From contig CAZIYE010000002.1 of NCBI GenBank assembly GCA_964543385.1, positions 60,001 to 92,000 on the forward strand: 32,000 bases of DNA, written 5' to 3'. The notes under the pieces are model-generated. The model saw nothing but the letters and a program-made list of their open reading frames with translations, searched no databases and had not been told where the DNA came from. The DNA is from an uncultured Candidatus Saccharibacteria bacterium. GTDB taxonomy: Bacteria; Patescibacteriota; UBA1384; XYA2-FULL-43-10; 1-14-0-10-43-13. Position 1 is the first letter of the stretch, and each line of letters starts with the position of its first letter. Below, in pieces: positions 9,079-15,975 of this stretch. The position numbers were made by a program, and so were the translations under genes.

Positions 9079-9495
9079 ATGCAAATGAAAAATTGGCGAC
9101 TCATATTAATAATCGTGATAGTAGTTCTCTTTATTGGGGCTTCATTCGTTCTTTTTGCTAAGAAAGGATTAGTATTCTCGGGAAAAAATAATCAAGAAAA
9201 TATAAGACAAGCTATTTTTCTTGCAAACGGACAAGTTTATTTTGGGGAAGTAGAAACAGAAAATAACAGATACCTAATCGTCAGAAGTATCTACTATTTA
9301 AAGGCGCAGGATCAACTAGATGCAAACAATCCGGACAAAAAGATTTCGATTATTAAACTAGGTGATGAGCTTCACGGTCCAGAGGACAAAATGTATATTA
9401 ACAGGACTCAGGTTTTGTTTTATGAAAACATGAGAAAAGACTCAAAAATAAATGAAGCTATTAACAGGTTCATCGAAAATAAAAATAAAATATAA
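9079..9495 (+). CDS. Small membrane-tethered hypothetical protein
   Basis: 138 aa with N-terminal TM segment (LILIIVIVVLFIGASFVLFA), then a soluble domain with AIFLANGQVYFGEVETENNRYLIVRSIYYL. Confidence 0.65.
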   Translation: MQMKNWRLILIIVIVVLFIGASFVLFAKKGLVFSGKNNQENIRQAIFLANGQVYFGEVETENNRYLIVRSIYYLKAQDQLDANNPDKKISIIKLGDELHGPEDKMYINRTQVLFYENMRKDSKINEAINRFIENKNKI

Positions 9496-9519
9496 GATTC
9501 TCTTTATCTTAGATATATT

Positions 9520-9903
9520 CTAGACAATTTCTCTGATTTTGTTCACTACATCCTCGGGAGTATTGAGAGATTTTACCATATAACCTTTTGCTCCCAGAGA
9601 TATTGCCAGCTTTGTATCGCTATCTACGGATTCGCTGCCAACATTTGTTAGCACGAGTACGGGTATATTTTTTGTTGAATTATCGTCCTTTAGCTTTTTG
9701 AGTATTTCGAACCCATTAATATTGGGAAGCAAAACGTCTAAAAGAATGATATCGGCACCTTCGCGTGCCCTTTGCATAGCAATTCTTCCATCAGTAACAG
9801 TCAGAACGCGGAATCCTTCATTTTTTAATTTTTCCTTATACATTTCTACTAGAGATTGATCATCTTCAATCAATATCACTGTTTTTTTCTTTGCTTTTTC
9901 CAT
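9520..9903 (-). CDS. CheY-like response regulator (receiver domain only)
   Basis: 127 aa; IEDD, phospho-acceptor region GADIILLDVLLP, VLTNVGS and the K switch in GYMVKS. Confidence 0.88.
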   Translation of the reverse strand: MEKAKKKTVILIEDDQSLVEMYKEKLKNEGFRVLTVTDGRIAMQRAREGADIILLDVLLPNINGFEILKKLKDDNSTKNIPVLVLTNVGSESVDSDTKLAISLGAKGYMVKSLNTPEDVVNKIREIV

Positions 9904-9920
9904 CTTTGTTCCTTTATTAT

Positions 9921-12098
9921 TTATTTTATAAATGAGGGCAGAGTTATGTGAAATGTTGTACCTTTATTTTTCTCACTCTCGACCCAAATATCTCCTTGTT
10001 GCTTGTTAATTAATTTTTTGGCGATAAATAATCCCAATCCAGTACCACCTGCCTTGATCGATAATTTATTTGGGATTCTTACAAATCTATCAAATATCGT
10101 TTGGATATGTTCTTTTCCAATGCCAACACCCGAATCCTTTATAGAAATTATTACTTGGTCATCATTCTTACCGATGGTAATATTAACTTCTCCTTTATCA
10201 TTCGTATATTTTATGGCATTATCAACAATATTTTCAATGGCATGCTTTGTTTTAATTTTATCTGCGTAAATAAGAGTAGATTTCTTCTTGGTGAAAATTA
10301 TATTGATAGACTTTGCTTTGGCCTTTGACCCTAGATTATCAAGAACTTCTAATATGAGTTTATTCACATCAAAGCTTTGTACATTCAGGGCAACCCTATC
10401 TTCTTCTATTCTTAATGTTTCCAATACATCTTCTACAAGATGGGTCAATCTCTCAGTCGACATATATGCTCTGGTAAAATACTTCTCCTGCATGTTGTTT
10501 AATTTTCCAGCGTCACCATGTAGTATCATGCTCAAATAGCCAGCTATAGAGGTTAAAGGTGTTCTTAGTTCGTGAGCAGTTGTAGTTATAAATTCATTTT
10601 TAATTTGTATAAGGTTTTTTTCTTTTGAGATATTACGTAAAACAATAATAATATTCTTACTTATATGAGTGTTGGACTGTAAGGAGGAAAAAGATGCATT
10701 TAGCCATATTTTTTTACCAAATTTATCTGTCATTTCTTCTTCAATAGCCGTATCTTTTGCTTTGTTGACGCTCTTAAAGAAACTATCGATAATAACAGAT
10801 ATTTTTGCAAGCCCTAAGCTATTTAGAAATATATCGTGATAGTCTAGAGCGATAGTATCATGAGCTGAAAGATGGGTGATTTCTTCTATGTATCTATTCC
10901 AGATAATGATTTTTCCTTCTTCATTTATTACAGCAACTCCGTCATTAACATTAGTAATTACTTTATCTAGAAGCTCACGCTCAGCTTCTGATTGGCAAAA
11001 GAGCCGGCTATTCTCAATTGCAAGACCGATCATGCCAGCTAGTATCTGCAAGAATTGAACTTCGGATTCTGAAAATTGCTTAACTCTTTCATAACTAACT
11101 GATAAAACCCCTATTAATTTCTCATTTGGCATAATCGGTATGCAGACAATGCTACCTTCCTTGTCTTTCCCTAGATATGCTTTACTTTTTTTCGTGTCTT
11201 CTACAATAATTGTCTGCTTCTTTTCGGCGCAAAGTCCGGCGATGCCCTGACCATTTTTAAAACTCTTGAAATTTTTTGGTACTGATTCTCCATCAGATCT
11301 TTTAATCGCTTTGATTATGATCTCTGAAGAGGAATTATTTATTAGCCCAATACTTGCAGTATTTGAATTAAAGGCTGCTAATGTTTCATTCACGGCTGAA
11401 TTTAAAATGGTATCCAAATTTCTAACCTTGAATAAAGCTTTTGATAAGTGATATATTAAATCACTTTTCTTATCAAGGAGATAGGAAGGACTAATAGTTT
11501 TTGTAATCAAATTATTTTCTGAAACAAGATTTACTTTTGTTTGTTTTTTGCCTTTTATAACTACATTTTCGATCAAGTATCTAACAGGAACTGTTAAATT
11601 AAGATTAAGGGCTTCTCTCGGTGTAAACCAATTATAACCATCACTTTCTGAGCTAAGAAAAACCTCGACATCCTTTGGCATCTCGAAGCTAAATAAATAC
11701 CATTCATGGATATCAACACCATAACGACAACGGTCACCTTTGATCTCCCCCTTATAAATAAGCTCTACTTCTGGGATGATTATGCCTGTCTCTTCGAGTA
11801 TTTCTCTGCCCAAACTTTCGATAGGGGTTTCTCCCTCTTCAAGATGACCACCTGGCGTTGCCCAGCAATATGGATACATCCGTCTTTTTATAAGTAGAAT
11901 TTTTCCATTATGCCAAATAATAGCTCCTGCCCCTGCATGCTTTATTCCTTCTGGGGTGTTCAACTCTACTACTGGTCTCGAAGTATTATTAGCTCTTTGG
12001 GAGATAGTCATACAAGAATGACAGTAGTAATAATGCCTACCTTTTTTGTTAACTTCTGTAATTTGTTCGCTCTCACATTTTGGGCAATAAAATTTCAT
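9921..12098 (-). CDS. Multidomain sensor: Zn-ribbon + Nudix + GAF-like + PAS-like + HisKA + HATPase histidine kinase
   Basis: 725-aa continuous ORF. CPKC...CHSC; exact Nudix box GHLEEGETPIESLGREILEETGI; GAF-like NSAVNETLAAF...GLAEN region; PAS-like ITNVNDGVAVINEEGKIIIWN; H-box TTAHELRTPLTSI; N-box IENIVDNAIKYT; DSGVGIGKEH; GGTGLGLFIAK. Confidence 0.88.
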   Translation of the reverse strand: MKFYCPKCESEQITEVNKKGRHYYYCHSCMTISQRANNTSRPVVELNTPEGIKHAGAGAIIWHNGKILLIKRRMYPYCWATPGGHLEEGETPIESLGREILEETGIIIPEVELIYKGEIKGDRCRYGVDIHEWYLFSFEMPKDVEVFLSSESDGYNWFTPREALNLNLTVPVRYLIENVVIKGKKQTKVNLVSENNLITKTISPSYLLDKKSDLIYHLSKALFKVRNLDTILNSAVNETLAAFNSNTASIGLINNSSSEIIIKAIKRSDGESVPKNFKSFKNGQGIAGLCAEKKQTIIVEDTKKSKAYLGKDKEGSIVCIPIMPNEKLIGVLSVSYERVKQFSESEVQFLQILAGMIGLAIENSRLFCQSEAERELLDKVITNVNDGVAVINEEGKIIIWNRYIEEITHLSAHDTIALDYHDIFLNSLGLAKISVIIDSFFKSVNKAKDTAIEEEMTDKFGKKIWLNASFSSLQSNTHISKNIIIVLRNISKEKNLIQIKNEFITTTAHELRTPLTSIAGYLSMILHGDAGKLNNMQEKYFTRAYMSTERLTHLVEDVLETLRIEEDRVALNVQSFDVNKLILEVLDNLGSKAKAKSINIIFTKKKSTLIYADKIKTKHAIENIVDNAIKYTNDKGEVNITIGKNDDQVIISIKDSGVGIGKEHIQTIFDRFVRIPNKLSIKAGGTGLGLFIAKKLINKQQGDIWVESEKNKGTTFHITLPSFIK

Positions 12099-12226
12099 GG
12101 TAACTAATAACTATTTATAAATGTAATATCTAGTTTAATTGTAAATCAAACGCATTTTTATATGAAAATATAATAATAAACTTAGTTTACACATATTTTT
12201 TTGTACATTATCACAAACAAATCCTA

Positions 12227-12255
12227 TTGACATTCCAATGTATATATTATACAAT
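12227..12255 (+). promoter_or_regulatory. Near-consensus sigma70 promoter for the guanylate-kinase-like gene
   Basis: TTGACA (12227-12232), 17-nt spacer, TACAAT (12250-12255). Confidence 0.7.
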
Positions 12256-12312
12256 ATAAAGTTCTTATTGTCAATAATGGCAATAGAACAAATGCAAAAG
12301 GAGGCTACTGTG

Positions 12313-13179
12313 ATGCGTGACCACGATTCTTTGTCGGACATAATAGCAGTAAATCGTGCAGTAAGAGACAACATAATCGATGAAGCCCCTGACTACCGGG
12401 CTCGGATATTGCCAGATCCCTTGAGGTTCACTATCGAACAAATTCTGGTAGGGATTGAAAAGTTTGTGGTGTTCCTGGGCGATGGTCCAGGGGCTGGCCG
12501 CACCTTTTTCATGGAGCAACTTATGACTCGGTATCCCGATCAAATCGGTATATTGCCGCTTCATATGACGCGTGCCAGAAGGAATGGTGAAATCGAGGGA
12601 ATCCATGGCCATTTCATGGGTCCTAAGAGCAAGCAGGCATTTCGTCATCTAGAGGAGTCTGATTTCTTCTTTCTCTCCTTTCAACTGGGGATTGCAAAAA
12701 GAAAGAAGCTTGCTGGAATTTCAATGCATGACATGAGTTGTGCAATAGATTCAAGCAAGATTTGGCTCATCGATATGCCAGCTTACGCGATACCCCGGTT
12801 CTCTGGGGTATTCAACAGGACAAGGATAGTCCTGGTCACTGCTCCGCCGGTTGATCATTTGCGAAATCTGCGTCGTCGTGGTTTCTCAGATAGTCAGCTT
12901 GCCGATTGCTATTGGCAGAATGAGATTGGCACATGCGAGCCAGTGACCCTTCCCCCGGTACAGCCGATCGTTAATAAGCGGTGTCGTACTGAGGCAAATA
13001 TGGAGCTGCTTCGGGAATTCGTTCTCGACAGCACGCTTCCTAGCACCCATTCTCCTCCCTGCTTGAGCGGGGAGGAGAATGAATCAAATTATATTGGCCC
13101 CGAAAAACGGAGGCCTTTTTTTGGAGAGCGATATAAATTTATTGGCTTTTCATTGTATGTTATCCAAAATTCAGCATAG
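12313..13179 (+). CDS. Guanylate-kinase-like P-loop protein with degenerate Walker A
   Basis: The ORF track starts at 12238, but AAAAGGAGG at 12296-12304 supports ATG 12313 (MRDHDSLSD). Motifs VVFLGDGPGAGRTFF, HMTRARRNGEIEGIHGHFM, LAGISMHDMSCAID...IWLIDMP, and RIVLVTAPPVDHLRNLRRRG match the order of guanylate kinase motifs. Confidence 0.6.
   Translation: MRDHDSLSDIIAVNRAVRDNIIDEAPDYRARILPDPLRFTIEQILVGIEKFVVFLGDGPGAGRTFFMEQLMTRYPDQIGILPLHMTRARRNGEIEGIHGHFMGPKSKQAFRHLEESDFFFLSFQLGIAKRKKLAGISMHDMSCAIDSSKIWLIDMPAYAIPRFSGVFNRTRIVLVTAPPVDHLRNLRRRGFSDSQLADCYWQNEIGTCEPVTLPPVQPIVNKRCRTEANMELLREFVLDSTLPSTHSPPCLSGEENESNYIGPEKRRPFFGERYKFIGFSLYVIQNSA
13049..13080 (+). repeat. Strong 14-bp hairpin inside the 3' end of the guanylate-kinase-like ORF
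   Basis: ATTCTCCTCCCTGC-TTGA-GCGGGGAGGAGAAT, fully paired with one G-U. Confidence 0.75.
13097..13123 (+). terminator. Intrinsic terminator located within the annotated ORF 3' end
   Basis: GGCCCCG-aaaaa-CGG(a)GGCC followed by seven Ts (13117-13123). Confidence 0.75.
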
Positions 13180-13372
13180 TATTTGTAGCCGTCAAGGTCC
13201 TTATTAACATAATAATCAATATTTGTACCAAAGTATAAGGATGATGATGGTGTCTACCAGAATATTTAAATTATTATTGAAGCTTTTTCTGCATATATAT
13301 AATATGTGGCTGGTAGTGAAATTCTTGAAAATAGTTCTAAATAAAAATGGTCATTGTTTATTGTTCGATGCT

Positions 13373-13409
13373 AAATAAAATAGAGAAGGGAACCTTCTCT
13401 ATTTTATTT
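13373..13409. terminator. Bidirectional terminator at the end of the rplT operon
   Basis: AAATAAAATAGAGAAGG-gaa-CCTTCTCTATTTTATTT, a perfect 17-bp stem with A/T-rich flanks. Confidence 0.75.
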
Positions 13410-13429
13410 ATTCAAGCGTAAAAATAGTT

Positions 13430-13771
13430 CTATTTGATTTTTGCTATAATGGCATCAAAGGCTTTTGGATCACTGACTGTTAGGTCGGATAACATTTTTC
13501 TGTTTATGTCGATCTTGTTCTTAGCCAACTTTTCGATAAATTCAGAATAGCTCATACCATGGACTCTAACGGCTGCATTGATTCTAACTATCCATAAAGA
13601 TCTGAAGGTTCGTTTTTTGACTCTTCTGTCTCTATAAGAATATTGACCAGCCTTAATAATGGCCTGTTTGGCTAATTTGAATACAGATTTTCTGCGTCCC
13701 TGATAGCCTTTTGCTTTTTTCAGGATTTTCTTGTGTTTAGCACGACGTACTGTGCCGGTTTTTACTCTCAT
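13430..13771 (-). CDS. rplT: 50S ribosomal protein L20
   Basis: 113 aa [67 protein letters not shown]. Confidence 0.97.
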   Translation of the reverse strand: MRVKTGTVRRAKHKKILKKAKGYQGRRKSVFKLAKQAIIKAGQYSYRDRRVKKRTFRSLWIVRINAAVRVHGMSYSEFIEKLAKNKIDINRKMLSDLTVSDPKAFDAIIAKIK

Positions 13772-13794
13772 TTTTTCTCCAATATGTAGACTTT

Positions 13795-13980
13795 TTAATT
13801 ACTATAAGGCATCATTTTTCTAACTTTTTTTGAATCGCCCTTGCTCAATTCCAGATCTATCTTTGTAGGATTAGACTTGTGTGTCAGGAGGTGGCTTTTG
13901 GCTGATTTCACCCGCAAAACTTTACCAGCTGGGGTAATCTTTACTCTTTTTGCAGTAGCTTTGTGTGTCTTTAACTTCAT
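13795..13980 (-). CDS. rpmI: 50S ribosomal protein L35
   Basis: 61 aa [23 protein letters not shown]...LTHKS, located between infC and rplT. Confidence 0.92.
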   Translation of the reverse strand: MKLKTHKATAKRVKITPAGKVLRVKSAKSHLLTHKSNPTKIDLELSKGDSKKVRKMMPYSN

Positions 13981-13996
13981 GATTTTCCTTGATTGT

Positions 13997-14521
13997 TTAT
14001 GATTTCTTTTCTTCTTTTAATGCAGCTAACATTGCTACGATTTGGTTTCCGGCTCTCATCGGTCTATTCTCATAGCCAAGCCCTGCTTTTTCTGCAAACT
14101 TATTGAAAACGCCCATTGCCACATCAGCAAATGCATTCTCCCTTCCTCTTAGTCTCATGGAAACTTTTACCTTGTCACCACTATCGAAGAAGTCCCTAGC
14201 TTGTTTCGCTTTATATTCAATATCGTGATCACCGATCTTAAAAGTCAGTCTTATTTCTTTTAATTCAACTTCTTTTCTTTTGGCTTTGCTTTCTTTTTCC
14301 TTTTTGGCAAGGTCATATTTGTATCTGCCAAAATCCATAATTTTGCATATAGGAGGGCGGTTTGTTGGATTTATCTCAACCAAATCAAGGCCTTTATCAT
14401 GTGCCAAAGCCAAAGCCTCTTTAGTAGATATAGAACCTAAATTACTGCCATCTTCATCAATAACTAATACAGGAGAAAATCTGATTTGCTCATTAGCGCG
14501 AAGATATTTTTCTTTCTTAAT
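13997..14521 (-). CDS. infC: Translation initiation factor IF-3, probable AUU (or AUA) start
   Basis: The track ORF (13997-14413) begins inside the conserved N-terminal domain. The frame remains open upstream and reads KKEKYLRANEQIRFSPVLVIDEDGSNLGSISTKEALALAHDKGLDLVEINPTNRPPICKIMDFGRYKY. AAAGGAG lies just upstream of ATA/ATT (ATT at 14521-14519), and there is no ATG/GTG/TTG in this frame near it. Confidence 0.88.
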   Translation of the reverse strand: MKKEKYLRANEQIRFSPVLVIDEDGSNLGSISTKEALALAHDKGLDLVEINPTNRPPICKIMDFGRYKYDLAKKEKESKAKRKEVELKEIRLTFKIGDHDIEYKAKQARDFFDSGDKVKVSMRLRGRENAFADVAMGVFNKFAEKAGLGYENRPMRAGNQIVAMLAALKEEKKS

Positions 14522-14571
14522 TATCTTGTACTCCTTTATAAAGTGAAACTCTGCTTAAAATATCACAAAAG

Positions 14572-15369
14572 TTACTTTTGGTCAACAGTTTGTTGGACAT
14601 CTGACGTTGAAAGAGCTGTTCTTTTTCCAACTATAAGTTTAAGATTTTCGTCAGAACTCTCAACTAATTGGGGTGTCTTGGCGATTTGATGGCCGTTGGA
14701 CAATAAGGGGATCTGGGAACTGGTAAATAATCGAAGTGATCGTGCTCTAAAAATAGAATTATCTTTTTCTTTGGTGCTATTAATGCCCAAGAAGGACGAA
14801 AATCTTGACATCGTTGACTCTTTTGGGCTGATGCTTTGCAGGGAAATATCTAAAAAGTCAGGAGCAATTTTGCGCTGATTAGCATGAAAATTAGAGATTA
14901 TTAATTCTTTGGTCTTCGCCTGTACTATATAATCTTTGAATTCAATAGTTATAGCTGTGGGTGCTTTTAGATCTAAATTTAGAGTAGTCATAAAGGCTCC
15001 GCCATTTGCTGTCCGTCCTATTCTCATCTCAGCAATTCGTCTAAATCTCAAATTATCACATGCCTCTTTCCAATTGCGTGTTCCAATTAGGAGAGACAGA
15101 TCATCTGAGGCTTCTATAGGAATAACTCCCATTGCTTCGCTTTTTCCACATAGGGCCCCTGCTATGTCGTTTGCTACTTCATCTCCACCGACGCCGACAA
15201 TAGTATTGTATTTTTTGCTCAAACCAAGCTCGACTAGCTCTTTTGTGCTGTAAGCTGTTGATGGGTAAGTAAATTCTCCTGAGATACCCAAAAATGATAG
15301 ATAATTCTTGATATCTGCGACAAGAGACCTTTTCTTACATTTTTTCAAATCAAAAATGTAATAATACAT
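14572..15369 (-). CDS. Diacylglycerol-kinase-catalytic-like protein
   Basis: 265 aa; NTIVGVGGDEVANDIAGALCGKSEAMGVIPIEASDDLSLLIG resembles the lipid-kinase pattern GGDGT...N...LGiiP.GT.ND, in divergent form. Confidence 0.5.
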   Translation of the reverse strand: MYYYIFDLKKCKKRSLVADIKNYLSFLGISGEFTYPSTAYSTKELVELGLSKKYNTIVGVGGDEVANDIAGALCGKSEAMGVIPIEASDDLSLLIGTRNWKEACDNLRFRRIAEMRIGRTANGGAFMTTLNLDLKAPTAITIEFKDYIVQAKTKELIISNFHANQRKIAPDFLDISLQSISPKESTMSRFSSFLGINSTKEKDNSIFRARSLRLFTSSQIPLLSNGHQIAKTPQLVESSDENLKLIVGKRTALSTSDVQQTVDQK

Positions 15370-15396
15370 ACTTTTAGAGTTGGCTAAATATTAAAA

Positions 15397-15825
15397 TTAT
15401 TTCTTGCTAAAGAAGCCATGTTTATCTGCTATGTCATCTACTTTTTCGGTCTCCAAAACAACAGGTTTTATTTCTTCTTTAGCCTTAATTTCTGCATTGA
15501 TCTGATTTGGCATTATGCTTTTTCCAACAAAGATCGCCCCCTCTTTTATTATCAAAGTTTTAGCGTTTACGTCGCCGTATATCTTGCCGGTAGGATTAAT
15601 CTCTAATTTCTCGGTGGCCTCTACTAGTCCTCGTATTTCTCCAGAAGCCTCAATCTTTTTTGCAATTACTGGTCCTTTGATTTGAGCGGTTTCTCCAACG
15701 ATTACATTTTCATCGCTTTTTACTTCCCCTTCAATAGTTCCATTTACTTGGATTGATCCTTTGTTGTGAATATTCCCTTTTAGGGTAACACTTACGCCGA
15801 TGATTGTGTCGACAGCATTCTCCAT
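15397..15825 (-). CDS. Bactofilin family cytoskeletal protein
   Basis: 142 aa; TIIGVSVTLKGNIHNKGSIQVNGTIEGEVKSDENVIVGETAQIKGPVIAKKIEASGEIRGLVEATEKLEINPTGKIYGDVNAKTLIIKEGAIFVG is a typical bactofilin beta-helix. Confidence 0.9.
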   Translation of the reverse strand: MENAVDTIIGVSVTLKGNIHNKGSIQVNGTIEGEVKSDENVIVGETAQIKGPVIAKKIEASGEIRGLVEATEKLEINPTGKIYGDVNAKTLIIKEGAIFVGKSIMPNQINAEIKAKEEIKPVVLETEKVDDIADKHGFFSKK

Positions 15826-15913
15826 AATTCTCCTTGTAGTTAGTTATAATGATCTAAGCCCATGATAACACAAAGATTAATTTGATAACAATTGTATATA
15901 ACTTTTTATATCC

Positions 15914-15942
15914 TTGATGATGGAGTCGATAAGTGGTATAAT
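15914..15942 (+). promoter_or_regulatory. Sigma70-like promoter of uvrA with extended -10
   Basis: TTGATG (15914-15919), 17-nt spacer, TATAAT (15937-15942) preceded by TGG; ATG at 15976. Confidence 0.7.
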
Positions 15943-15975
15943 TCCAGATATTTCACCAGTAATACTTCGTAATAT

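Noticed and set aside
12271-12648. 125-aa minus-strand ORF
   Set aside because: Antisense to the guanylate-kinase-like gene, which has a promoter, RBS and P-loop.
14936-15253. 105-aa plus-strand ORF
   Set aside because: Antisense to the DAGK-like gene, which has better domain support and operon context.
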